Below are positions 31,649 to 52,060 of a DNA stretch of 64,000 nucleotides, piece after piece (position 1 is the stretch's first letter; each line of letters begins with the position of its first letter). The stretch comes from the human T2T-CHM13v2.0 reference genome, Homo sapiens. A program made the position numbers and the translations under genes. The notes beneath the pieces are model-generated. The model was given only the letters and a program-made list of their open reading frames with translations. It was not told where the DNA came from and did no database searches. The DNA lies in the NCBI RefSeq assembly GCF_009914755.1, contig NC_060944.1. One strand, written 5' to 3'.

Positions 31649-32564
31649 ACTGAAAGCCTTCGCCGACTCCTATTGAGCGCATTTTCGCAACAGTTCACAG
31701 CCAGCCACGCTCAAAGAACCCAAATCTGGCTGATGAAAAACAGGCATGGTCCTTGCCCTAATCAGCTCTGAAACAGCATCCGGTTCTTAAAGCCACCCCC
31801 ACCAATGTCTGGCCCCGCTTAGCTACTCAGGATGAGCTTGCCTTTCCCCAGCTTCTTGCTGATAAACTTCACAAGTATGAATTTAGTATGGATCTCTCTG
31901 CTCTTTGAATTCTAGTGGATGCTTGTCAACTTCTGCAAGCAGTCCTTTTGAAGCTCCCCTACTAGGCCGAAGTGAGACAGACACACCCCACACTTCCTCC
32001 CCATTGAGATGGGGGGAGCTACAGCATCTTGAGAGCTCCACCTACCACAGTTCCTATTTTTCACCCTAGAGAGAGATGATGAGCTCAAGGACAGTCTATG
32101 ACCGGGTAGCATAGGTGGTCCAGCAGCTACATTGTCGTTCTTAACTTTGAGACCTCAGCTGAAACCAAGACAAAAAGAGTCCGTTTTCACATCCTATTAC
32201 ACAAAGAGTAGTAAGTAGAGGTTGTTACTATCTATAGAGATTGTTACCCTCTAGAAGCAGAACCTGAGGTGGGGATTCAATTTCCTCCCTCACAGGGAGT
32301 GAAGGAAGCAGGAGGAGGCAGGCAGCAGAGCTGAGTAAGGATGTGCATTGAACTGGAGTCCAACCTCCAGCCTCAGAGCCACTGGAAGCTCTGGAATGTG
32401 GATCCCACTCTGTGGCAAGGACACAGTCTTTGGCAGCTCTTTGAGAGCAAGTCAGTCAGAGGCTGCCGGCCAGCCCTATGGTGAGGGAATAACCACCCCT
32501 GGCATTTCCAGGTGCCCTGTGGCTGAGGGCACTTTGCAGCTGGGGGATGAATGCACTTGCTTAG

Positions 32565-32990
32565 TGTATTAGTTTCCTAGGGCTGTCCTAACAAATTACT
32601 GCAAGCTTGGTGGTTTAAAACAGATGTTAATTATCTCCTCATTCTGGAGGCCAAGTCTAAAAGCAAGGTGTTGGCAGGTCCGTGCTCCCTCCAAAGGCCC
32701 TAGGGGTGAATCTTCCCTTGCCTCTCTTAGCTTCTGGATTCTGTTGGCAGTCCCTGTGGCGGCATCACTCCAATCCCTGCCTTCATCTTCACAGTGCCTC
32801 TTCCTCTTCTGTCTAATCTCCCTCTATCCTATTGTTATAAGGACTTCATCACTAAATTTAGGGCCCACTCAGATAATCCAAATTGATTTCATCTCCAGAT
32901 CCTGCAAAGACCCTTTTTCCAAATAAAGTCAGTTTCACAGGTTCTGGGATGTAGACATAACTTTTGGGGGGGCCACCATTCAACTCACTA
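32565..32990 (-). mobile_element. MaLR LTR (MLT1-type)
   Basis: tgtattagtttcctagggctg...aacaaattac...ggtggtttaaaacag; ends ...ttggggggggccaccattcaac. Confidence 0.75.
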
Positions 32991-33299
32991 CCCCCAGTAA
33001 AGGGGGTTGGGGTGAGGCAACAATGACGTCCCCTATACAAGTAATCCTTAAGCCACCATATCACTCAAAACAAGCTCTGTGGACTCTGCTGTCCCCTTAA
33101 CTGCTGGAGAGACTCATGAGCACACATACATGAAGCACTGTTCCCTTTAGGCATGCGAAGCTGGCCTGTCCACCCTCTGCAAAAACAGGACGCGCAGGGC
33201 CCTGTCGGCTGTGCAGCAGCTCTGCTGGTAGAAAGCATTCGCTTTCTTCTCCACCAGACTTCTTATATACCATCCTATCAGTCAGTGCTCCAATCATAA

Positions 33300-33635
<336 letters not shown>

Positions 33636-34419
33636 CCAGCTTTGCTGTTTGATGACACTGTAAGTTAGCATAATGTGCTGTGACAAAGAATCCCCAAATG
33701 TGGTGGCTTAAATATTTGTTTAGTTCTCTCAAAACAGTCCAGGGCATCAGTCCAGGGTGGCTCTTCTCCATAAAGTCATCCAGGACCAAGCAGTCTTTTC
33801 CTCAGCTCTCCCCTAAGGTGACACCCTCATCTGTATAGCCCAAACAGGCTCAGAGATACCAAAAGGGGATAGAAGAAATAGGGCATGCAGCTTACTTATA
33901 AAGACATAACCTAAAGGTCCCACCTTACCTCTGCTCATGCCATTAGCCACACCCTGCTGCAAGGGAGGCTGGGAAAGATAGCGTCTAAATGGGCATCCCT
34001 CAACCTAGGTAAGACTCAGAGGGTTCTATCATGAAAAGAAAGGAAGGAAGCTAGATAACGGGGACAGCCAGCATTCTCTGCTGCGGACATCTGTCTGGCC
34101 ACTTCTACTGTCCTTCTTCCTATGAACAAACCAAGTTTTTCTCTGTCCGTGGGTACCAGATGCCTCTCTCTCTTAAGCAAACCCCTGTAATCTATGGTAT
34201 TCCTTTTAGAACAGGGAACTGGCACAGAATCCAGGCCTCCATCTGCCTGTGACTTGATGGGCCTTGTGCTTCTGGGATGTGAACGTGAATTCTTAGGAAT
34301 AGAGCTAAAGCCAGGAGTACCTCACCTTTCACTTGCCACTTCACATTGTGTGTGCAGAGCTTCAACACACAGAATGTGAGTTTCTTTATCAGTTGCATGC
34401 TAGGTTGGGCCCCAGTCAA

Positions 34420-38030
<3,611 letters not shown>

Positions 38031-38374
38031 CCCTGTAATTGTTATTTCTTACCTGGGCACAAGTTAAAAGTGCCTTGGGGGCTTTAGTCCAGCATTCATC
38101 CAGTCACAGTAATTTTTGACTCTTGAATTCTATCATGAATCAATCAGCACCTGTTGTGGGGCTGGGACTATGATGGATGCTTGGGAGAAGAGAGGCTTAA
38201 ACAATGATCCCTGCCCTCTGAGAGCTTACAGAGCAGTTGAGGAGACAAATATAATTATGTAAACAACAATTTATAATTTTGAAAAAAATTCGTGTACTTG
38301 AAGAAAGGTCAGTAGAGATTATCTATAATTACATAATAATAAGAAGAAATAGAAAACAATGTAAGGCTTGAAGA

Positions 38375-38568
38375 CCACACTATCCAATAGTACTTTCTGC
38401 AATGATGAAAATGTTCTGTACCAACCAATATGGTAGCCAATAGCCACACATATTTATTGGGCACTTGAACTGTAGCTACCGTGACTGAGGAATTGAATAT
38501 TTAATTGTGTTTAATTTAAATCAAATTTAAGAAATAACACATGGTTACTGTATCTGACATCACAGCTC
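38375..38568. mobile_element. MER3-like hAT element
   Basis: tccaatagtactttctgcaatgatgaaaatgttctg ... aatatggtagcc. Confidence 0.65.
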
Positions 38569-39409
38569 TAAGACTTTAAATATTTGCTTGATTGGCCAGG
38601 ATGACCCTGTGGTAGGGGTAGGGAAACATCCCCTCCCATGGGAGGCTCATAGCTCTTCTCTGGCTCCTAGGGATAGATAGAAGCTGGGGGCTATGGATAC
38701 TCCCTGGCATTTAATTGTGCCTGCTGCCTGGTGGGTGTTGTTCAGTGACACTATTGGAATAGTTTAGGTCCGAGCCACCTGGCAAAGGTAAGCTCTGGTC
38801 TACTCTATTGGGGGCAAATTTAGACCCTAGATCAGGCACATTATAAGTGCAATTAGATGAAAGGGGCTGTGGGAACTGCAAAAGAATCAGCCCCCTTCCT
38901 AATCCACTGGTCAATGCAACATTCCCTGTTTTCCTCTACAGCCACAAAACTAGCCCAATGTCATCCATCTCCTTCCACGCTTTCCAGCAGGATCTCCCAC
39001 ACTCATGCTGCAAGCACAGACTTCTGTCCAGATCCATTCTGGCAATCCCCCTTGAGGTTCCAGAACCTCCCTGCTGGGTCAGTGCTGAGGTGAGACTAAG
39101 GTTTCCCTCTTGCCACCTGAATGCACTGCACTTCCTTCCCCATTCCCCCCAACCCCCACCACTCTTTTCAGAGCTGAGAGCATTTGAGAGAGGGAGAAGC
39201 AGAGGGGGTTCAAGAGAGATTCGCTCATGTGCTCCGAAGGTCATATAGGCTGAGATGCCAGTCATAAGGACAAAGGACCCCTAATGAAGAGGAAGGACTT
39301 ATGAGGAGACCTCTGGGCAGCCGAAGCCAAGCTTAGGGCCAGACTGGCCTCCATGCTGAGACAGGAGCAGAGATTTGGACAGTGCCTCCATAGAAAATTG
39401 GGGGAAGAG

Positions 39410-39886
<477 letters not shown>

Positions 39887-40106
39887 CTATGTAACTGGGA
39901 GCAAGTTCTCACCTCCCAGAGCTTCAGTTCCCTAATGTGTAAAATAGAGCTGACCAATGAGCCTCCTGTGATTCTGGGAAGGAGAGGATGCTGTGGAGTT
40001 AGTAGGATGTATTCATGCAGTGCCCAGCACAGTGACTGCCTCAGAGTCATTTCTTACCCTCCTGCCACCCCACCCTTACCGATCATCTTAGAGTAAGTGC
40101 AGCTGA

Positions 40107-40421
<315 letters not shown>

Positions 40422-41179
40422 TCAGTGGGAACCAAGGAGGAACGTCCTGCCTCCAGAACCAGAGCCCACAGTCAGGGGTAGACATCCCAGGCTGGGGATG
40501 GGTCTTTCTCTGAATAGGAAGGGGGACATTCTCACTTAATCTTCTGTCTGTTCTCTCTGCCCTGGGTGCTTGGTGAATTGTAGAAGATGCCAGGCCTTGC
40601 TAATACCCGCTACCCACCTCTCACCTGATTCATAGATAAGAGGTGCCAAGGTCTCTGGTCTTAGAGCCTGGGTCTCATCTACACCACCACCTCTGCCCAA
40701 GGCCAGAGGAACCCACAACTTCTTTCCTTCAGACTCCCACCTTCTCCTTTAAATCTCTTTCTGACTTGCAAGCACCCCTTCCAGCTCTGTGGCTTCTGCT
40801 GCCGTCCATGCCCCATCCCCCCTCCTCCCTCCTTTTTCTCTATCTCTCCTTCTCTTCTGTTCGTGGACTCTGATAGCCTGCATTGACAGAAGACTCCCCA
40901 GGCTTGAGAGGACTTGTGTGGGTGCATGTGTACATCTGTGTCCACACAGGCACACCATGGTGACCATGCACCAGCCCCTTCCTGCCGCTGCATGTGGCAT
41001 GCCCAGAGGCCTCCCATTAGTGGCCACTCCACCCTTCCTCCTCTCCCCTCAGGCCTGGTTTGGGGAAAGTGGAGCCACTGCCACTCTTGGTGGGCAGCTG
41101 GGGGCCCCTTAGCAGTCTCTCCACACCCCCTCCCCTTCTCCTCAGGCCCCATGCCCAGCCCTGAGGTTTGGAGAGCCTA

Positions 41180-41390
41180 GTAAGTGCCCTATCAACATGT
41201 TAATCAAATTACTTAGGAGCTAAAATTGACGCTGTTCATTAATTATACAAGATTATGCTAATTGTGCATGCAAATGCATGCAGGGGAACAGAAGGTGTTC
41301 AGGCGCATGGTGGGCCATTAGCATAGAGGATGGGGTGCGGGTGCATTGGCATGCTAATGTATGCGCCCTGGCTATTTATAGTCCTCCAGC
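41180..41390. promoter_or_regulatory. Candidate intronic enhancer (POU/homeodomain/MEF2 motif cluster)
   Basis: Non-repeat AT-rich island with ATGCAAAT, three ATGCTAAT/ATTAGCAT, TAATTA and CTATTTATAG. Confidence 0.55.
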
Positions 41391-42404
41391 CCATCTGCAC
41401 TGCAGCCACCTCTACCCGGGTGGGGATCATGGTGGGGAGGCCAGGTCCAGGCCTGGCAGGTGGCTGTGGCCCTGGGGACAGTCTATCTTGGCTTCTACCG
41501 CAGGCTAAGACCAGGAAGCAGCCTGGGCCAACCCCACATGGGCCTGAACTATTACAGTAAGCTCCTCATTTCCCTTCCCTTCTCTAGCGTAGGCCCTTTG
41601 GTGCCTGTTTCTGCCTGAAGGGAGACATCCCCTGTAGCCTTCCCATCACCCAGAGGATCCAAGTCCCGCATGATTTGGTCCCAACCCCAGGCCCCAAGCC
41701 ACGCTGCCCTCCTCAGTCTTGTCAGGCACCACTGATCGAGTGAGCCGTCTGCCCCGTGGTGGAGCTGTTAGTCCCTTTGCATGGAGGGCCCTGCCTCCTA
41801 CTTCTCGGTGAGATCCTCCAAGACCCAACACCCAAGACCAAATTGGAGCTCTAGGAAGCATTCCGCCTCCCCTAGGCAAAATAAGTGGCCACTGCAGATT
41901 ACACTTGGCACATCCTCCTGCCGTGCCCACCACTCTGTCTTCCTGAGTTTCTCTTTCCTGTTGGGTTGTAATTTCCTTAAGATTTTATACAATGCCGCAG
42001 TGCCTAACACATAGAAGGTATTTAATAAATCTTTTTAAGTGGGTGTATGGAATGAATGAGGGGATGAATGGCCCAGCCCTCTGTGTCCTCCTCTGTCCCT
42101 GAGCTGAGGGTAGAGAGAAGCAGACAGTGAACACGCTGGAGAGCCAGAAACTGCTTCAGTTTCTTCGGAGGCTCATGGGAGCCCAAGACAAATCTTTTAG
42201 GATAAAAATTAGCGGAGATCCCTGTCCCCTTATTTCCCCATCTCAGGCTGCAGTGCCAGCTTTGGGCTTGGAAACACATATCCAATTTAATCTACCCTTC
42301 ACTCTTAACCTGCTGTCTTTCCCAAGGCCTTCACAGGACACACTGTTGTTTGGAACATCCTGCCCCAGCTCGTATATCCATTCACTGCATACCTTCTTTC
42401 TAGA

Positions 42405-42895
<491 letters not shown>

Positions 42896-43467
42896 GACAC
42901 GTTCTTCCTTGCCCCTGACAGTCCTGTAGTGGGAAATGCACTCGGGCTCTCCTTCCAGCTCTTTGAGTTACTGACAGCTTTCTCTTTGGAAGTGAGAACA
43001 TAATTTCAGCCCTAAGTATCTCATGGGGATGCAGGGAAGAAAAAGCTGGTGAAAAGCCTTAGCTCTGTGACCTAAGTTTTCTTAGGGTGGGATTCCTGGA
43101 AGCAGAGCCTGAGATGGGGATTCTTGTGAAAGAGGTTTATCAAAGGAGAGCTCTCAGGAGAAAAGGAATGAGTATAGAGGGAGCTTAACAAGGAGGTGGT
43201 CTCGGTCGGAGTCTAGCGTCAGCCTATCCCATGCAGAGGTCTGGAGTGTGAATGGCCAGAGAGTTGATCCTCCTTGTAATGTCAATCTGTCATTGGCTGT
43301 GGGCTACTGGTGGGGAGTATATGCTCTTGGCTGAGGGTAATTCTCAGATTACCTTGGGGCAGCTGCGAGCCATTTGACAGTCTACACTGCAGCTGGGGCA
43401 TGAGGGAATCAGGCAGGCATCAACTCACTGTAAAGTTCCTGGACGTTGTCTTCCAAAAGAAGCTCCA

Positions 43468-43760
43468 GGCCAGGCATGGTGGCTCATGCCTGTAATCTCA
43501 GCATTTTGGGAGGCTGAATCAGAAGGATCGCCTGAGCCCAGGAGTTTGAGACCAGCCTGGGCAACGTACTGAGACCTCCGTCTCTACAAAAAATAAACAA
43601 AATTAGCTGAGCATGGTAGTGTGACCTGTAGTCCCAGCTGCTCAGGAGGCTGAGGTGAGAGGATCACTTAAGCCTGGGAGGTCAAGGCTGCAGTGAGCCA
43701 AGATCACACCACTGCACTCCAGTCTGGGTGACAGAGCGAGACCCTGACTGAAAAAAAAAA
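43468..43760 (+). mobile_element. Alu (AluJ-like)
   Basis: Full dimer. Confidence 0.9.
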
Positions 43761-46239
43761 GCAGCTCCATCCCACTCTGCCTTCTACCCCCTGAAAACCT
43801 AGAATTTAACAGTGGACTCACATCAATTGCCTTCACACTTGCCTTCTCTACTGAGTGTCTCTTTTGAGTAAAGCACTGTGCTTGGGGAGTTAATGCAATG
43901 GTGTCACCCCTGAGAAGTAGTGTATAAGTTAAATGTTTGCACTTTAGCCATACTCAACCCAGAGTTTGCTTCTTTGGTAGGAAATACTCCATGGACAAGA
44001 CGTTTCTTTTCATTTCATCTTGAGCTGTTTTTATGGGGAGGAATAAAAAGCGTTTATAGACATGATTACGAAGGCTAAACCAAGTTCAGGATGTGGTAAG
44101 GTGGGTGTGTGGGTGAACTACTCTGAGCTTTCCTTTAAGTCACAGGCATCAGAGTCATGATGCATAACTACCATCCTTTAGATACTTCATTAGTTGGATG
44201 ACCACTGTTCACAGCTCTTCTTCTGGTCTTTCATTAAAGTTTTTATTGAGAATGTGGAATACAGGCAGAATGGAATAATGAAGCCCATATAGCCCCAATG
44301 AGCTAGAACAATTTTTAACTATTGGTTCCATTGTTTTTTAATACTGAAGATCTTCTCGACTGATAGCAGCAGTCACAACAGCCAAAAGCCCAAAACTAGG
44401 AGCAAGAGGACCTGAGTTTGACCTCTGCAACCCTGTTGAATTTGTAACCTCGAGGAAATCCCCACAACATACTATCCTGGTCCCCACACAGCCTGCCTCT
44501 CAGAGCTGCTTTTGAAGGCAGGCTTGCCGCTGCAGTACCAGCCTGGGTCGGACTCTGAGAGCCCCACTTAGAAGGACTTCTAGGACTCTTGTCGGCATCA
44601 GTGGTTCATAAAGACCCGTTTTCATATCCTTACTTTAGCATTGACTGTGACTTTGTCAAGTCACAGTCAATAGCTTAGCCTTGGTTTTCTCATCCGTAAA
44701 GTGGGAATGGTTGCAGACCGACACGACCTGGGGGATTGAGCAAGATAATGCCAAAGTGACAAACTCAGCAGCGTTCTGGGCAGTTGCTAAGGTGCTGAGT
44801 GCCTGATGGGTTAGACCTGGTTCCCTGTTTTTCTTTTTTTGTTGTTTGTTTGTTTGTTTTGTTTTTGCATAGTTACCTCCCTAATGCATTTCATTTGTAA
44901 GTCATGCTTGTATTTATGGTGTTTTCTTCCAGTAATCCTAATGGAAGCTTCTGCGACTTGGCCTTTCCCTTACTCCCTTTTCTGTGGGGTCTGGATTAGG
45001 AAGCCATGCCCTCCAAGAGCCTCATGGCCACAGTGGGATGGCACTGGGCACTGGTCCTGCAGTGGTCACCCTCCATGGGGATCCTCAGGTCAGAGAGGGC
45101 TGTGGACTTGGGCTCACTTTACTCCTCCCCACTCCCTGCCCCCTGCCCCCATCCTGGTCAGGAAAAACGGGCTTTCCTAGACTCCTTTTCAGCCCCATAG
45201 GGCCAGGAGTGGGGAGGGGTGCTCAGAGAACACCCCCAGGCTCATCCAAGCTTTAGAGGTGGGGGGTGGTTCCATGCTGACAAGCAGGGCTTCAAGCCCC
45301 TCAACAAAGTGCACATCCCTTCCTGCCTCAAGTCCCTACAGGGTGTCCCAGGCCCAGAACCTTGTCCTCACTTACCCAGCCCCTTCCCAGGCTCTCTTCT
45401 TTCAAGGGGAACACCTGCCCGCAGTTCCCATGTCCACATGTGTTCCATGTGTGTGTCTCCCTCCAACTCCCCTGCCCACCAGGTCTCTCACTCTCCCCCA
45501 GTCCCCAGCCCCCACATCTGGCCTCTGTGCAGACATGGCTTGGAGGACCTGCTGCCCCTCCTTCTTCTTCCCTGACTCCATTCTCATCCTTCCCTGACTG
45601 CTCAGGTGGAATAAAGTGTCACCCCCTGGGCGTCAGCCAAGGGAGAATTCTCCTGGGTTGTTCTCACGTTCGCCCTTCCAGCCTCTGCGGTGTGTCTGTC
45701 TCCCCCTGGTGGGCAAGGAGAGGACCAGGCAGCGGCACCCGGAGGGTCGGCAGTCTCTCTAGGTCCAGGGGAGAGCCCGGGCACTGCTCCTGGTTCTAGA
45801 CCCCAACGGAAGTCCTCTAATTCCAGGTCCAGCCTTGGAAGGCAGGAGCCTTTAGGGGCGGGTCACCTTTGCCAAAGCACAGTCTTCAAAATGTCAAAAG
45901 CGTGATTCTCATACAAATTGCTACTGAGCATGTATCAAAGTTTTCTATAACTTATTGATGAGGGAACCAATGGGATGACAAAGCTGATTCAAAGAAGACG
46001 AAGAGAAAGTGATACATGTGCGAGTGTGTGAGTGCGTGCGTATATGGAAAGGGGTTGAGGGGAGGGAGGGAGAGGCAAGGGATTGTGTGGAAAATACTGG
46101 AATAAGATGGCCAAATTAGATATAAAGCTAGTTAATGTCCATAGGACAATTTTATCATCTTTAGGGCTAATTTCTCCACCAAACAGAAATTATTTACTTC
46201 TCCTGACAAATATCATTTGTTTCCAAGTCATATGAATTT

Positions 46240-47670
<1,431 letters not shown>

Positions 47671-49451
47671 GGGTGGTGCAGGCTCTCTGACTGGGAGAAG
47701 CCTCGTGGACTACCAGCTGGAAGGGAGTGAGGTTTCAGCCACACCATGGATGGTTTCGACTATGTGCTAGCTCTGAGGACAGGCCCAAAGGGAAGGGAGA
47801 AGGGGACTGACCCTCAGCCCCCACTGCAGGCCATGGTCTTGTGCAGCTGCTTTTACTCACCCACACTCTGCAGGTAATGCTAGCCAGGCTCAAACACTGA
47901 GGTGTCCCCATAGACAGAGGTGCTGGCAGGTCCCTAGGGCTCTCAGAAAGGGGTGGTCCTTGAAACCTAGAGTGGCCAGAAAATGGTGGCTGTACAGGGC
48001 GTGAGAATTGGTGTGGACCCAAAGGACAAATGAAACCTGTACTGTAAAGGGACAGTGGCAAGACCTGCTGAGCAAAGGCTTGGGGAAGGGCCAGTGAGGG
48101 AGCAGGAAACCACAGCCTTGGGGAGGGCAGAAGTAAAGGATGTCCCAGAGGCAGGACTAGAAGGTGTCACGGCAGCCGTCAATCGCTACTCTCCCTTCAT
48201 GGGTGTGGAAGGATTTACCTACCCCGGGTCATGCAGAGAGTCCAGGCCTGGCCAGAGCCCCTATCTTGGCCCCTTCCCAAGGACCCTTCCTCTTGATCCT
48301 GTAGGTTTGAGTGGAGTGGGGTGCAGTGGGCACATGTGTCATCTTTTGGTGCAGTCCTATGCTTGTCGCATCTTCAGTGGTATCCAAAGGTGAGCCTTCA
48401 ATCCCTTTAGGACAGAGACCATGCCCCATCCTGGTGTTTTTCCCTCCATCTAGCACCTGCCAAAGGACCGAGCACACGAGTACTTAATTTAAATGAGCTG
48501 GTCTGCCTGTGTGTGTGAGTAGGGAGTCTATACTCTGTCACATGTGAATGTGGGGCATGGATGAGGAACATGTCGCACATGTGGGTGTAGTGTGTTTACA
48601 CCATGGGGTGTCATAAGGGGTGTAGGGAGTGATTAGTAACTAATAAGAGAGAAATGGAGTGCGCCCACTGTGCAGGTGTACCTCTCAGGAGCACTGAAGG
48701 TGTCTGCACCTTGGGGTGACCCATAGGGATATATATGGCATCTACACATTGGTGACTACTGTTTGGGGGCATAACAGCTGTCTGCACTGCAGGGTATCCT
48801 GCAGGGGTAAATGGATTGTCTACACTGTAGGGGTGCACCATTTGGGAAATATAGGGGGTGCCCACTGTGGGGGAACATGACAAGTGCTGAGAATGTAGAC
48901 AGAGGCAGGACCCCAGGGAGAGGTATCTCTAGGAAGGTGACTGCCACCAGCTCCCAAGGAGGGGCTGCCTGCTGGGGACACCTCAGTTCCAGGGCTGGTG
49001 CTTACTCCTCCCAGCACTTGGTGACCTCCTTTTTGGGGACTGGGCTTTCAGGACCTGTAACAAATTTTCCTCTGAACAGAAATTTAATGTTTGCAGACTT
49101 TGGAGGCAACTCTGGTGAATTAAATGAACATTCAAATTTGGGGTATATAAGTAGTACATGAGTAACTATACCGTGGTTAAAGTTCCACCCCAGGTTTGGG
49201 ACTCTTGTATTTGCTTTAGTAAATAGTATGGTAAAAATATCTCCCAATTGGGTGGAGGTAAAATGAGGAAGCTGACTGACTGGAGAAACTCATACAGTGG
49301 CCCAGGAGGCTGTTCCACATATCAGGACCTACTGCAGACGTTAGCCCTGCACTCTACAGTTTGTAAAGGGTATCTTCCCAGATGCTCACAGAGTGCTATA
49401 AGGCATAAGGCAGACACTGATCATATTCCGAGTTTACCAAGAGTTAAACAG

Positions 49452-49783
49452 GGCTGGGTGCAGTGGCTCATGCCTGTAATCCCAACACTTTGGGAGGCCG
49501 AGGTGGGTGAATCACCTGAGGTCAGGAATCGAGACCAGCCTGGCCAACATGGCAAAACACCGTCTCTACTAAAACTACAAAAAGTAGCCAGGCGTGGTGG
49601 CAGGCCCCTGTGATCCCCCTGTAATCCCCTGTAACTCGGGAAGCCAAGGGCTGAGGCAGGGACAATTGCTTGAACCCAGGAGGTGGAGGTTGCAGTGAGA
49701 CATGGCGAGCCTGGGCAACAGAGCAAGACTCTGTCTCAAAACAAAAAACAAAACAAACAAAAAAAAAAAAACAGGAAAAAAAA
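49452..49783 (+). mobile_element. Alu with rearranged right arm
   Basis: Alu body with repeated cccctgt(g/a)atc units and a long A-rich tail. Confidence 0.88.
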
Positions 49784-49979
49784 GAGTACAACAGCCAGAA
49801 TGTTGTCCATGGCTACCTTACTGGTAGGTGACAGGACCAAGGACCCACCCTCCCAGCCAACTGCCAGGAAGGAGAGGAGGACAAAGTGCTCATGTGTTTG
49901 TCTAAAAAGCAACCTCATCAGCGCATATGTGTTTTTTTCCCAATAACTCTATGTAAAAAAGAAGACATTCACGGTGTCT

Positions 49980-50870
49980 CTGTACCACATGTCTGACAGA
50001 TACACCATGTGTATATGGTGGGTATGTGCTCTGTATGATTAAGCTTTTCCTATGTGTATAATGGATATAAAATGTGTGGGAGGAGGATATGCCATGTGGG
50101 AGGTGAATTTGCTGGGGGCATCTGCTATATGGGATGGCTTTACAGTATTTGCAATAACTATATTTTGGGTAATCATTTACAACATAAAATGCGTATTAAT
50201 GTATTTGTTCTGTGTATTTCCTATTTCTCTGTGCATATACTGTGTAGGGTGGGCATACACCGTGCATGATGGGTACAGGCTCTGTGTCTGCTTAGTATGC
50301 CATATGTGTGGGATGAGTGCAGGCTATATGTGGAGTACATGTTGTTTATGCTTGTGTGAAGGTTATACCCCGAGTGTGTGTGATGGCTGTATTTTGTGAG
50401 TAATAGTATCCAAGGCATAAACAGTGTCTACAAAGAATGTGCTGTGTCTGAGGAGTGTACATGGTGTGGGTGATGGGTATACTCTGGGGAGGGATGTGTT
50501 GTATAACAGATGTGCTATATGGGTGATGAGCATATACTGTGACGTATACACAGTGTGTGATAACATTACATGGGGTATGTGTGCGTACACGCCACATACG
50601 GAGCATATATTGTATGTGTGATGGGTATACAGTGCGTTGGGTATAATGAGTAATAAGTATAGGTAGTGTATATAATGGACTTACTCTTCATGGTGAATAT
50701 ATACTGTGTGGGAGTGCTAAGTATACACTTTGTGGCATAAATAAGCCCTGTGTGATCAGCACACGGTGTGTATGGTTGTGTAGCGAAGTTGTCATTGTGA
50801 TGGGTCTGTCTGGTGTGTATCAGGCACCCTGGTATATGGAGGCCATGATGGGAATATGGGATGTGTGCCT
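49980..50870 (+). repeat. Degenerate TG/TA-rich low-complexity tract
   Basis: Dense tgtg/tatg/gtat motifs, C-poor on the + strand. Confidence 0.7.
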
Positions 50871-50966
50871 GAGTGGGAGCAGGCAGAGGGGACTCATCCT
50901 GTGGGGAGGGGGCATGGCAGGGAGCAGTTGGATCTTCATCTGTTTCCAGAACCCCCAGACCCTTGA

Positions 50967-51149
<183 letters not shown>

Positions 51150-51736
51150 TGACCCTGCCACCCTGGGAAAGGCCTCCAAGGCAGATCTCTGCCCAGCCCT
51201 GTGCCTCCCCAGCCTGGTTGGTGCCTGCTGGGGGTGGGGCAGCTCCTTCTCAACTTGTGCTGGCTGCCAAGGGAGGCTTCATTAGAGTCCCACTTAAGAA
51301 GATGCTAATTGTGACATTTTTACATGATTAACGACCCAGGCAATTTGCATAGCGTGAAGCGGAGAGCAGCTGCCCTTAGCACATCCCCAAGCTGCACACC
51401 CCTCTCAGTGCAGGGCGGGGGAAGAAGGCAGCCCCAGTTTTCTCCCCAGAATAGGGCAGGGGCTCCTGCTGCTGAGTTCTCCGGCTGATGCTGCCCACCT
51501 CCACTTGCCTAAGACCCCATTCCTGGCTTGGAGGTCCGTGGATACAACCCAGCATTCTGTGTATGCAAAAACAGTAGCCATTCTTTGCCTAAGGAGCCAG
51601 TTTTTTCAGGGGTCTTTATTTTTGTAGCGCCTGGGGAGTCAGTTCATCTGGGGGTATCACCTGATCCAGCTGGCCCCCTTCCACCAGCTCAGACACTGCA
51701 GGATTGAAGCCCTCCTCCTCCCACCAGTGACCCTAA

Positions 51737-52033
<297 letters not shown>

Positions 52034-52060
52034 TGACCTGGGTCCTCTCCTGCCTCCCAG

